Assembly (NCBI RefSeq): GCF_006345805.1
Contig: NC_043006.1
Location: forward strand, 92,380,001-92,444,000
DNA length: 64,000 bases
Direction of reading: 5' to 3'
Source: Octopus sinensis
Lineage: Eukaryota
The translations under genes were made by a program, and so were the position numbers. Under the pieces are notes generated by a model that had not been told where the DNA came from, ran no database searches, and saw only the letters and a program-made list of their open reading frames with translations. Positions 13,033-26,429 of the stretch are shown here, piece after piece; position 1 is the first letter of the stretch; the number at the start of each line of letters is the position of its first letter.

Positions 13033-14870
13033 TAAATTCAATCTCGTTTCTTCCATTTTCGTTACCACCCGCTTCACGTTCAATATTCAGCCTGTCACGG
13101 CATGTCTTTTGCATCTTTTATCCTAATCAAGGGACGTATTTTCATCGTGACGAGTTTCTGTCCACCAGTATTTTCTATGTTAAATTCTATCGATTACATT
13201 TTAACTGGCAGTTTATTCTTGTGACACTTGAGTTTGTTAGATTATTCCAACACCATGCAACATGTTAGGTGACTCCAATTTACTTGAGTGTCGGAGTTTC
13301 TCAAGTAACTGGATGTATTTTTGTTTCAACAGCCGTAAATTCTTTCATCTTGACTGTTGTCATTGCAATATCTGGAAATCTTCACAAATTGTAAACACAT
13401 TCAGTATGCCAATGAGGCATTCACTGATTATACTTGCAAATGCTAAAAGAGTTGGTGCACTTTGTGGAAATTTACGATTTGTAGATCTCTGGAAATACGT
13501 TTCGGATATTCGAGATTTTCTTTTTTTTCTTGCATATTAAAATTTATATCTTTTATATTTTAATTATATCAGTCACTGGACAGCTACCATGCTGCGGCAC
13601 CGACTTGGAGACAAGACATTTGGTCGAATGAATTGAATCAATGGTCTAACGAGGATATTCGGACGTTCTGATGAGCTAACGTCTTGTATCTGCCTTGATC
13701 TGTGAATATATAATTGCAGTGTACGATGTGTAGCATCTACATTAGTGCAGGCATGCAAACATACTTTATTCTACGTTGAAATTATTATTACAAGAAGAAG
13801 GATGGCACTTGGCTAAATAAACCTATCCACCTCTCATACCTACTGACATACTGTGGATTACGTACTCCTTGTGAAATAATTTCATCGATCGGATGTCCTG
13901 GATTTATACTACTCTGTATTGGATTACTATGAGGTCTGTTAATCCAGTCTACTCAGGAGATTTCCGGGATAGCCATATTACTCTGTGAACCTATGTTACA
14001 CTACAAATTTAATTATATATACATATATGTGTGTGCGCGTGTGTGTTCGTGAACGTGTTTGCGTATGTGCGCCTGTGTGCTTGACCGTTTTAAAGGGTGT
14101 ATATATCTATGTCTAGGTGTGTTTTTTATCATCACATTTCAAGTTCTAAATATCAAAAGCTCTCCGGGTATTTGCATGTGACTGCTTGCGATGCCGCGAT
14201 ATAACTAACAAATGAAGATTTCTGCAAAAGATTTCCATTTCACGATCTCTCATTACACTTGCGCTTCAATTAAACACGCTGCATTTATATTTAATATTTA
14301 TGATGCAAATGATTACAGTACAAACAACACTCAACGTAAATAAAAAGCTTTGGTGACAACCAACTGATAAATGTATTTGAAGAACATTTATATATCATTT
14401 ACTTACGAAACAAAACATGTTCCATTGAGCTTCGCCTTGGTTTATTGCTATGAGAATCAGTGCTAAATTTTATCGAAGTATATATGTCAAGGGATAAGAC
14501 CTTTGGAAAGTAAGACAAACGTTGGCAAACTAAGTTAGTGTAAATTATAATTCAGCATTTATTTCATATCCTTATGTGAATAGGGGAGTATATTGTTACA
14601 AGGAGTTTTCTCTATGCGCTAACGAAGAAATTCTTCCCCCCATCGCATCCTCTTATTTTATTGTTAAGCTATTGATCCACACACCGCTTTGTCCCGATTA
14701 TCTTTCCGTTTCACTAACTGTTTTTCATTAGGTTTTATCATCTTTATCCCCATTGTTTTCCTCTTCATTTTCCAATTTAACTCGTTAGGCGTCCTGTATG
14801 CATACCATGTATTTATATATTACACGCACAGACACACAAAGCTTTCTCTTTATATGTATATATACATATA

Positions 14871-14970
14871 NNNNNNNNNNNNNNNNNNNNNNNNNNNNNN
14901 NNNNNNNNNNNNNNNNNNNNNNNNNNNNNNNNNNNNNNNNNNNNNNNNNNNNNNNNNNNNNNNNNNNNNN
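14871..14970. other. Assembly gap (100 N) inside a TA microsatellite
   Basis: Run of N flanked by (TA)n. Confidence 1.
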
Positions 14971-15922
14971 TATATATATATATATATAAATCTAGTGTTA
15001 GATAGTTAGATATATATGTACATGCTCACAGCAGGCACCGATTTATTTTTACAGGTTTTAATACCGAAAACTTATAATAATACTTTGGTCCAAATTTAAT
15101 ACGTATATTTACACCTAAACTCAAACATATATTAGATTCATCTTATACCAATGTAATAAATTACTAAAGCTAAGAAAACCGCAAAATAGTGTCACACGTG
15201 TTTTGAAAAACGGGTGTTTTATCACCGTTGCGATAAAGTTCCTTTCTAAGTATTGTAAACTCACAGTGGAAGCTATATAATTTGTGATGTGTTCAAGAAA
15301 CAATATAATTTTGATATACACATTCTTGCCTTTTTAAATACTTTCCGTAAATATTTGTCATAAGGGCACCCTTTAATGCAAATAAAAAGAAAATAGAGCA
15401 CACGCTCTGTAGAATAGTTTAACAAAATACGAATAATATACCACTGCACAAAACTATTTGTGGTTCAATTAACGTATTCTTCTGTGGATCTTGTTTTCAA
15501 AACATAGGCAGAAGCGTTTATAAATCGCCAAGATTTGAAAGAGGACTGAATGGCATAAAACCTTGACAACCACAGGAAGGTAGGCTAACTAATTAATAGA
15601 ATTAATTATATATTTATAGGTTTGCTTTCACGCAAGATCTCAATCGGAAGACTATGGCCATAATATCAGAGAGAAAACAGAATACGTACATATGCACTGG
15701 GTTCAGCTGAACAGAGGTTTGGTTCCGATAGCAACCGAGATATGCCCGGTAAATAACCGTTATGCTTGCAAAACTGCTGCATTCTCCGACATGTCCCACT
15801 GCATAACGATTCATGTATGTGCATATACATGAATACATGTGTTTGCTTAATTGATAGATAAGTATATATAAATATATATATGTGTATGCGTGTAACAACA
15901 ACAACAATAATATTATTATTAC

Positions 15923-15956
<34 letters not shown>

Positions 15957-16260
15957 GTTATTATTATTAATTTGAATTTATTAGAAGAGAGGGGTGTGTG
16001 AAAAAATGTTTCTGGCCGATAGGGAACAAAATAGTTCTATGTAATTGGTAGTTTGTCGCTTAACAGTAAGACTAAACAAGTACATATTAGCGCACTCGCG
16101 CGGATTTTTCCCGTGCGCCTGTAGTATCTTGTAGGTGTGCATGCGCGCACCTGAGTATGCTCATGTGCAGAACGAAGGCGTAGGGAGATGATAAGGTTAG
16201 GAGAAAGTATAAAATAAGGAAAAACAAAAAGGAAAAATATAAATATTAAAAAAAATTACA

Positions 16261-16432
16261 GGCTTGTTTCTTACTACACATCTTGCTTCTGGGTTCCGTC
16301 CCACTGCATGGGAACTTGGGCAAGTGTCTTCTATTACAGCCTCGGGCTGACCAAACCCTTGTGAGCGGATCTGGTAGATTGAAACTGAATGAAGCCCGTC
16401 ATATATATATATATATATAAATATATATATAT

Positions 16433-16463
<31 letters not shown>

Positions 16464-16680
16464 TATATATATATATTTGTGTGTCTGTGTTTGTGCCTAT
16501 CCATCATTGCATGGCAACGGGTGTTGGTGTGTTTAAGTTCCAGTAACCTAGCGATTCGGCAAATGTGACCTATAGAATAAGTACTATGATTACAAAGAAG
16601 AAGTCCTGGGGTCGATTTGTTGGAACAAAAGCGGAGCTCCAGCCGGAGTCAAATCAATAGAACAAATAAAACGATAAAAA
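16261..16680 (+). mobile_element. tRNA-derived SINE family 2 (diverged, internal microsatellite)
   Basis: gggttccgtcccactgcatgg...gggcaagtgtcttcta...gaaactgaatgaagcccgtc...gtaacctagcgattcggc, colinear with 23680-24081. Confidence 0.8.
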
Positions 16681-16759
16681 GTAGTTTAGAGGTTGCTTGT
16701 TATAAATACATAGAAGAGCTGCGAGTGGGGACAAAGGAATATTTAAGGAATAATAAAGG

Positions 16760-18357
16760 CGCGGATTGAACGGTGTCCTACGCCATAAGTTGCAGTAGGA
16801 ATGATTGGCGTACGTGGATGACATCACTGTCATCATATCCGAGATGGTAAACCTTCAGAGGGTAGGCAAAGCCATTAATGGCTACGAGGCGGTGGCAGGA
16901 GCAAAAGTTAACCGAGATAAGTCAGTTGGCTTGCAACACTGCACCGAGAGAGGCAAGGCGATACCTCTCAACAACGTCGTAGGGCGTTGGACGGAAGGGC
17001 CGGTTAAAATGCCAAGGGTTTGGTTTGTTTCAGGCCTACAGATAGAGAAGAATTGGAGCGAGGTGACGAGCAGGGTGAATCCCCTCAGACCTGGTCTGAG
17101 TGGCGGCTATCCCTGAAAGGATGGGTGGAGAGTGCAGGAGTGTTTATTGCTTCTGTGATTACCTACCGCCTAACCGTCGTGCCTTGCTCACATTCGTGGC
17201 TGATCAAGTTGGAGCGGCTGCTCTTCCACTTTTTATAGAGGGATTAGAGTCCTCTTGTATAGCGCTCTGTCTACTGCCAGCATCCGCTGAAGGGTGTGTT
17301 AGCGATGCCTTGGCTGTTGATGCGCAGACATGCGCTGAGGCATCTGTGGCTCTACCTGGATGGTGAACAGGAGTGGTCTCCGTTCGTTCGGTCGTTACTT
17401 CCTAGCTTTACTAGTTTGAGGGAACTAGGACCTTGGATCAAGTGTCGACCAAAGTTGGGTGCTTGGCAAGTGGAGTGTTGTGAGGTACTCAAACTTCTCT
17501 GTCACACGGGCAACGCCAGCTACGGGGTTCCACCTCTGCTTTCTATAGTGTTGGTAGAGGCTCAGTGCGAAAACTTCCTGGTGGATGCTATAGGCTTCGA
17601 TGATGGTCATCTAGCCGACCTGTTACGAAGGACATTCAGGCTAGGACCCTTGGATAATTTCAAAGGATATCTGGCCCGGCAGTATTACCGAGGAGTTTTA
17701 GTAGTTCGCGATAAACTTGTAAGGTATGGTGACCCTTTTTCATCTATGTGCCCAAGATGTAAGCAGGACAAGGAAACTGTTCAGCACACGAATTTGCAAC
17801 GCCCCCAAATATCTGAAATATGGGTTTACGTTGAACACCTGCTGTCACAGCTGGGAAGAGTACAGCTGTTTTCCGAGTCGATTGTAATGATTGTTCGTCC
17901 TGCCTCTTTTAACAAAGAAGGCAAGGCTTGTTTTCTCGCTGTGGTCACAATAGCGAAAGAAGTGGTATGGAAAACCGGCGTGAACGGAATCGGGACAGGC
18001 ATCTTCATCTCCGCCTTAGATTGATTAATTTCCTCATTTACCACCTTGATAGGAAAATAAGGGTGGAGAGAAAATACCTGTCACCTGATAAATATAAAAA
18101 GAGACGGAAGGCTGTGGCGGGTTTGCTGAGAATGAACGAACTCACATAGTATTTCTATAAGGGTATACAAAATTTACAGTGGTGGCTCGGGTCTTGCGGA
18201 GTTGAAGCTAAACCCGCCCCGATCTTCATTGTATGTGCTATTGTTTGTTATCATCCGATTTATATAAATTTTTAAAAATCATTCGCTTTGTCGACCTCCT
18301 CCCTCATTTGTATCGTGCCCTCTATGTTTGCTCCCCCCCGTGGGCAATAAAGGAATA
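16760..18357 (+). mobile_element. 5'-truncated Tx1/L1-clade LINE (ORF2 RT C-terminus, Zn knuckle, 3' UTR), frameshifted
   Basis: AYVDDITV (RT YxDD), GAKVNRDKS, WRLSLKG, then CPRCKQDKETVQH (CCHC-like). Ends gtgggcaataaaggaa. The clade is inferred from these motifs. Confidence 0.85.
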
Positions 18358-18360
18358 GTT

Positions 18361-19451
18361 GTTACAATCATCTGAAATGGAACTGACAAAGCACGATATT
18401 CGAACAATTTTGCTATTCAACTTCAAAAAAGGACGTAAAGCAGCTGAAACTGATTGCGATATCAACGAAACGTTTTTGGTGAGGAAACGAACAGTGAATG
18501 GTCAGCTCGAAAATGGTTTAAACAATTTCGTAGTGGAGACCTGAACCTTGAAGATCGTGAGCGTCGTGGACGCCCATCTGTCATCGATGACGGTCAATTA
18601 AAGACTGACATTGAGAATGATACACGTAAAACCATCCGAGAACTGGCAAGAAAACTTCAAATGAGCCAGAAAAGTGCCTGTAACCATTTGCATGCGATCA
18701 GAAAATCAAAAAAAGCTTGACAATTGGGTGCCAAGCGATTTGAATGAAAATCAGAAAATGCGCAGATAGGAAAATTGTTCGTCGTTCCTTCTCTGTAACC
18801 AGACAGATCCATCTCTTGACCGTATTGTAACTTGCAATGAAAAGTGGATTCTGTACAATAATACAAAACATTCTTCGCAGTGGTTGGACCAAAATGAAGC
18901 ACCAAAGATTATGGTGACTACTTGATTGTGTACTGCTGGACTCATCCACTATAACTTCTTAAAACCCAGAAAAACCATTACTACAGAAACATATTGCCAT
19001 GTAATTGCCAAAATGAATGAAAACCTGCTACTTCTCCGTCCCAGACTGGTCAACAGAAGAGATCCAATCATTCTTCATGACAATGCTTGACCATACGTTT
19101 CACTAATGACACTCCAGAAGTTGAGGGTATTTGGCTACGAAGTTCTTTCCCACCTAGCTTATTTCCCTGAACGTTTTCCTACCCGACTACCACTTTTTCA
19201 AGCACCTTGATGGTTTCCTGCGAGAGAAGGAATTCAAATATCAAACCGATGCTGAAAGTGCGTTGAAAGTGTCCATTAGCTCCAGAACTCCATATTTTTA
19301 TGTTACTGAAGTAAACAAACATGTAACTTGTTGGCAAAAGTGTGTTGATTGTAATGGTACTTACTTTCATGAATGAAATTTCCACGTTGTTGAAATATAT
19401 TGTGATGAATTTCATGTTTCAAAACGTTGGTTACATTTTACTCTGCCTGAT
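18361..19451 (+). mobile_element. Decayed mariner transposon (D,D34D type; Mos1/Hsmar-like), 5' TIR missing
   Basis: ATG at 18377: MELTKHDIRTILLFNFKKG...ARKWFKQFRSGDLNLEDRERRGRP...WVP...RIVTCNEKWILY...ILHDNA; stops, frameshifts and an internal deletion. Confidence 0.9.
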
Positions 19452-20395
19452 CTCAAGATATCGGTAGGCAGGCATACAGAAAGATAGGAATTTAGCTAAA
19501 TCAATACTGTTAGTGGCGACAGAGTATGTACGTTGGTGATGGCCGTGGTAGTGATGATAATGTTGATAATGATGATGAGGAGGAGGTGGAGAAGGAAGAG
19601 GAGGATATAAAGAAAAGGTATAAGATAGACAGAGACCTTTATCATGCAGTGGTATTGATGATAATTATGATGAACATACACGGAGGAGGATGTTGCAAGC
19701 CAACATTCATGAATGCATATGCAAAGTTATATTCTTTATGTTTGTAAGAAGTCTATAGATGGACTGCGTATATATGTGTGTGTATACGTGATGTTTATTG
19801 TATGTGTGTATATGAATATACATACAGAGGTACACACACAAAAAACCAAAAACCCCCACACACATATTTATATATAAACATATAACAACTAATGTATCGT
19901 ATACATGTAAGAATTAGACATTTTAAATAACAGATCTAGAAGTGCCATTCTTTGTACCCTTCTGACCAAAGTTCAGTAACACAGGGAATAACCTGCTCCT
20001 GCATGTAGCTATACGGAGGAAACGGTTAGGTGACCATATCGGGGAGGGGAGCAGAAGGGGATTATATTAGAGGGAGAAATGCGAAAGAGAAGAGTGATAA
20101 GGAAATGTGTCCCTTCACGTTCTGGTTCTTAAACGGAAAGGCTTGTTTAGAATCGGAGATTTTTGAATAGAGAATGGTGACAGAAAGAACGATTACTGCA
20201 ACCCAAACCGATGGACGTCTAGCATAGTCTTTCAAATGGCTGCATATTCAACACACGGACATACAGACACACACACGTGTGAATGTGTACATGAAGGTAT
20301 TCATGTGAGTTAGTGTGTGAGAGAGAAAGAGAGAAGAAACATATATTCATATGGTGTGTGACTGTGTGATTGTATATATATATATTATATATATA

Positions 20396-20462
<67 letters not shown>

Positions 20463-21103
20463 GCATACATACATATATACATACGTACATACATACATAC
20501 ATCTGTAAGCGTGGTGTATGTTTAAAAGCATATGATTGTAGAGGTTGGCACAAACAAATGATTGAGTGACTGAGTAAATGTTTTAGCGTTATTTAAATTA
20601 ATGTGTTATATTACATTAAATAATTTGAATTCTATAAACTTGTATGCTATTTTCAAAATTATTTATTTTTCCGTGGCAATTCTTTTACTTTAACAAGCAA
20701 CCATATTTTCTGAAATAATCTTTTAAACGATCTATTGGGATTTATGTATTTAAGAAAGCTTTTAGCCTTTAACATTATAACATCTTTAAAAATTGAATTT
20801 CATTGAAAATTCATTAAAGTTTCCTATATGTGGTTTCGAGAGCAATTGCAAAAGTAATTCTAGAAAGAAATGTCTCGGCGCAAACCGGTAATTATTTGAA
20901 CTTTATAAACTCTGCCATTATTAATGTAATTTTCAATATTCAGAGAATTGTGTATTTACAGTTTAAGGAAGGGGTTACTGTCGAAATATATGAAGAAAAT
21001 ACATTCGTATTTTCAAGATGTATTATAAAATGCAGTGACTATTTATATCCAAACATGGTACATAACTAATGCTCTAATTACGCATAAACAATATATAAAT
21101 ATA

Positions 21104-21428
21104 CATGGAGGAGGAAACCGCCTTCGGTCATGAACGACCATCGGATTACACCTAGAAAGTTACCCTCCGAGGCATAAGTATGGGCAAGGTTGTTTGTGGA
21201 AGTCTAGCAGTTGCCCATACATAGTGGCCTCCCCTCTCCGTAACACGGATGTTATCCAAGGGAAAGGCAAAGGCCGATACAGATTGGCATCAGTGATGTC
21301 GCAACTTATTTCTACAGCTGACATAAAATGTCTTGCTGAAGAACACAGCACGCAGCCCGGTCCGGGAATCGAACTCACAACCTCACGATCGTAAGCTCGA
21401 CGCTCTAACCACTGAGCCATGCGTCTTC
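21104..21428 (-). mobile_element. tRNA-derived SINE family 3
   Basis: Minus strand A box TGGCTCAGTGG and B box GAGTTCGATTCC in a tRNA-like head; ends gtcgttcatgaccgaaggcgg. Confidence 0.85.
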
Positions 21429-21580
21429 ATAAACACATAGACATATACATATATACATTTATAGTAATACCACCCTGCCCTACATATATATATTCACACA
21501 CACACACACACATACACACACACATATATAAATGTAACTGCATACGGATCGTTGGCGACTTGGACTTATCTCTGTCTCAT

Positions 21581-21615
21581 GTTTCTGATGAAGAGCATTG
21601 CTAGAAACGTAAAAC
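21581..21615 (+). ncRNA. Minimal type I hammerhead motif (family H1; element extends to ~21720)
   Basis: GTTT-CTGATGA-A-GAGC-ATT-GCTA-GAAAC-GTA-AAAC: helix I GTTT/AAAC, intact core, GUA site; one mismatch at the base of helix II. Confidence 0.65.
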
Positions 21616-21716
21616 TACTTTTCTTTCCTTCTCTGAGCGTCTGCTAATACTTTACATTTACCACGTACTCGCGTTATTCTTTTTCTTGTGGTTTTTCTTC
21701 GTTTATTTGGATTAAC

Positions 21717-21757
<41 letters not shown>

Positions 21758-23103
21758 ATGCACGTGTGCATGCGCTTAAACCATGTGATAGATATTCGTG
21801 CATCTTTTGCCAAAAATGGAAAAGAAAGTAAAGAAAAAGAACCGTGGAAACCGAAATTGCCTATTATATGCTACTATTTCTTCTCTGACAAGAATAACCA
21901 TTTTTGACTTAGTTATCCAAATAGATTTCTTTACTGAATCGCATAGGATAATGAGGAGGAGAGAGAGTTGAAAAGAGAGTGAGAGAGAGAGAGAGAGAGA
22001 GGCCCTTTGACAGGGTATATTATAGGAGTGGTTCAGCTGGGTTGTTCTGCTGAAGGAACAAAGTAGTTGTTATAGTCAACAGAGAAAGGAGTTCAATTTG
22101 TCGTACCCGGGGTCACATGTTCAGCATATTTCAAGCAATGGGGAAAGTGACATGCTGAAAGTGAGATTAATAATCGAGTAGCTGTCGTATCGTATGAGTG
22201 TCTTTACAGAGAAATGATGCATACTGACCCAAGTCATCCGTGTTAAGTAATAACTGAGGGTGAAAAGTTCTTATATTTTATTTCTGATTGTAGAATAACG
22301 TTCATATACACACCATATTGACTAAGGTAGAAACATTTTCAAATGTTAGCTGTAGTGGATGTGTGCTTGGGCAAACACTTAAATGTCTCCGAAATTACTT
22401 GTATTACCGTGCTTGCATGTGTCTCTATGTATGTGTGGAAGGTGAGTTGGGAAATTTGCAAACATAACCGATAGAATATGTAGTACGATTTTCTATACTG
22501 CAGTCGGCAATAGCGCCTTAAAAAAACTAGTAGATAGAGTTTTGGTAAAAACAAACGCATATCAGTTATCAATTAGAAAGTGAGAGATATTGCAGACCAT
22601 GTTAAAAAGCAAACAACTTTGTTTTCTGGACATTTTGTATATATTGTGAATGTGCGTCGACTATTTTCTACTTTGTGCGAGTAGTACGAAGAATCCATCT
22701 CATGTTTCCGGAAGTCTTGCGTCTGCTGCTGAAGCTCTTGTATTCAGTGAGTGACTAATGTAGTGAATGTGGCATAAGCAGTGATTAACCTTTGCGAATG
22801 GATTAGAACCGTTTTGGAACTGTTTGAGTTGTTACTTTGTTTACCTGCATATCCAGTAGCAGATACAGATAAGAAACAAGTGATGCTGCAAATGTTCAGA
22901 TTTCTCTTAACCCTGTGCCGACCACATGTTACTGGAATTCACATACTAAATATTCAAACGAAGATTTTACAATGAAATGCAACACAAACAGCTTAGGAAT
23001 CATTCTAGTGTTGTCTCATTCATAATTAAACTACGTACTGTTTTAGTGTGGGAGTCTACGAATATAAATATTTGTACACAAGCAGGTAAGTGTGCGTATG
23101 CAT

Positions 23104-23404
23104 ATATATATTTTTTCATTTAGAGATAGTAGGCCCCTTCATCCCACCATTTAAGAGAATCTTAATTTAAATACTTACTACTTATAACTTGGCTACACGT
23201 GTTTCTTGAGGAACATTTCCCGGTTCCTTAACTACGCCGTGTTATATTTTAAGAAAGGTTCCAGCAAAACAAGACGTGGTTAAGGAACCGGGAAATGTTC
23301 CTCAAGAAACACGTGTAGCCAAGTTATAAGTAGTAAGTATTTAAATTAAGATTCTTTTATATGGTGGGGTGAAGGGGCCTACTATCTCTAAATGAAAATA
23401 TATA
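23104..23404. repeat. Foldback with ~130-bp inverted arms and 38-nt spacer
   Basis: Arms 23104-23236 and 23275-23404 are near-perfect reverse complements. Confidence 0.95.
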
Positions 23405-23679
23405 TTTCCTCATTGAGAATAATTTGAACCGCCGTTATGCCGGAATTTTTATTCCTTAACAAATAAAATTATATATATATATATATTAAGGGCATTATTA
23501 TACATAAGTCCCTCACGCTAGGAGGGATTCTTAAAGTCAAAACTACCATAATAAACTACGACATTTTGAACCGAACATTAGGGAATGCAACTCTCGAAGT
23601 GAGCCCTTTAAAAACAAGATTTCGCTGCAAATCATATTATATTTCATAATTAGTGCACAAAATGCGTTTTGTAATTTTA

Positions 23680-24081
23680 GGCGTAGGAGTGGCTGTGTGG
23701 TAAGTAGCTTGTTTACCAACCACAAGGTTCCGGGTTCAGTCCCACTGCGTGGCACCTTGGGCAAGTGTCTTCTACTATAGCCTCGGGTCGACCAAAGCCT
23801 TGTGAGTGGATTTGGTAGACGGAAACTGAAAGAAGCCCGTCGTATATATGTATATTTATATGTGTGTATATACTTGTGTGCCTGTGTTTGTCCCCCCAAC
23901 ATCGCTTGTCAACCAATGCTGGTGTGTTTACGTCACCGTAACTTAGCGGTTCGGCAAAAGAGACCGATATAATAAGTACTGGGCTTACAAAGAATAAGTC
24001 TGGGTTCGATTTGCTCGACTAAAGGCGGTGTCCCAGCATGGTTGCAGTCAAATGACTGAAACAAGTAAAAGAGTAAAAGAG
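23680..24081 (+). mobile_element. tRNA-derived SINE family 2, full length
   Basis: Head ggcgtaggagtggctgtgtggtaagtagc...gggttcagtccc (A/B-box-like), internal TA/TG tract, tail gagtaaaagagtaaaagag. Confidence 0.9.
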
Positions 24082-26395
24082 TCAGTGCATGCATAAAAAT
24101 GAATAAAATATCAACTTACCAGACGAACACCAAAATATATCCAGCATAGTACATAGAATTGTTCACACTTATATATCTATGTAAGAGGCGGGCTTTTCGA
24201 ATTGCATCTCGGCACACGTGTTTATTCAGAATGAAATTCAGCACTGAATATATATTCCTGTTTAGTAATGAGTAATGACCTTAATATAAATAAATACATT
24301 TAAAGACAATAATTAATGAATTTTTCCCTTTTGAGGTTTTTCACGCTAACTTCTTGATAATTTCTTATAAAGATTATATATATATATACACACAACATGA
24401 CCATAGCCTTTGGCATATCAGAATAAAAGGATAAAAAATACGTGCAGACATATGTAAATATATATGTATGTTTAACCCCGACCCCTATATATCGTGAAAG
24501 ATAGAAACTTCGTCAAAAATTGTGATTTCTTCAAGATTAAAGGACCTTAAGATATATATTCTCCGGCCATTCTCCTCCTCAGAAATTTAATAAACATGCT
24601 TATTCTCGATCAGAACCAATTAAACAACAACATTCTTAGCCAAATGCGATACAATTTATCAAAAAAGTGTTCGCATCGTTAGTGTAAACGTGAAATATTA
24701 TTTGCGTGTACGTTGTTTCATTTCCTTCATTCAGTTAATTATTTTTCCAATACTTCATTAAGCAATACACCTTGATATCGGAACATAAACTCAAATCTAC
24801 AGAGCAATTATAGCAACCAGACAGAACTGCACAAACAGAATCATTTTGTAAATGTTACGATAGTTTTTCACTGCCACGCCATCATTTAACAATAATCAGT
24901 AATATCATATTAGACTTTATGTTATTGGAATCTATGTTACATTGAATATTATTGTCACGATGATATTCACACATTTGTTCATTTAGTATCTTTCGAAATT
25001 AATAAATATGATCAAGAATTTGCACATATACCACCATCGAATAAAGCATGTGACTAAACGATGGGTAAGTGCTATTCTATGTGGTACAACTAGATGTAGC
25101 AGCCGAAGAATACGATCGCTAACTGCAGCCCCATATGTGGTATCATTCACAGCCGGAAGTAGCAGCCGAAGAAAATGAGCCATCGAACTGTATTTAAAAA
25201 CCTAAAGGGAAACATTAGAGAAGGTAGTCTTAATTTCCTCGGGTACAAAAAGAAAATGGTATCGTTAGTGAGTGAATATATATGGTCAGGCCTGATATCG
25301 ACTTAACTACATTTTATGTCACATCGAAGGGGCATCTCGATGGTATATCGACTGGTTAGAAATAATAAGCAAATCTTCCACTGGTTACTCCTCAAGATGA
25401 CATATTCAACATGTAGATCAACAATCTCTAAAATGGCAAACTAGGAACATCTTAAATTCATTCGGTCATATGACAGGTCAATGGGGATTGGCAGAGACAC
25501 AAAAGAACACGATATCACGAGAAGGGTTACTTTTAACACAGCTAAAAATCACATTATTTTAGTGTCTAATATTCATTTCATAGCAGCAAGTACTCTATGT
25601 TTTGTACATAAATTGGATTGCCGTTTTGTTTGATTTTATGTTCAAAGGGTGAATATATTTGTTGCGTATGGATCTAACACGTGATTATTTCTCGTGAAAT
25701 AATCTTAGATCTCTTGTTCTTTTACCAGATACGTAAATTCTAATATGCATTTTCGAACACTTTTTTATTTATTTCCAAAAGCAAACAGGCATTCGTATTT
25801 CCTAATATTCTTCTGAAATATGGATTTATCGTTTTGTCCGCTATTTTTCAGCTCCTCTCAGTCAGGCTTTGAATGTAAGCTCTAACATTATCAATATATG
25901 TTCAATTGATAATGGGTATTTCATATTACTCTCAGGAATATATACACACACATACACATATATATATATCATGCCCAGTGTTAAAATAAATAGCATGAAA
26001 CGAAGCTATACCTTGTGATTTTCTCCCTCTCTCTTTCTCTCTCTGTACATGCACACACACACATATATATATATAATGCTTATGTGTATATATGTATATA
26101 CACACACGTATAGCGAGAGAAATAGATAAAGAAATATTTTCCAATACTACAAAAAAAAGTTTCCAGATAATCATAGAATGCAAGTTTCTTTTTTTTAAAG
26201 AAAAAAATATTGTTCCATGTGTTCCCTCTTTTCTCTGTAATAGGATTTATATTTTTTACGATCGATCCATATATATTAATAGTGGCACCCCTGCTGTTCT
26301 TCTGAAAGATAGTGATGGCAAATACATAAATATATAAATTAATAAATAAATAAACAGTAGTAGCAGTGTTAATAATGATAATAATAATAATAATG

Positions 26396-26429
<34 letters not shown>

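Noticed and set aside
15985-16200. Possible mariner-like 5' end with short palindromes (also 37040-37140)
   Set aside because: No matching TIR or coding remnant to confirm.
19526-19747. Acidic ORF (DDNVDNDDEEEVEKEEE)
   Set aside because: Derived from decayed GAT/GAG repeats.
21340-21428. tRNA-like sequence
   Set aside because: It is a SINE head with a poorly paired anticodon arm, not a tRNA gene.
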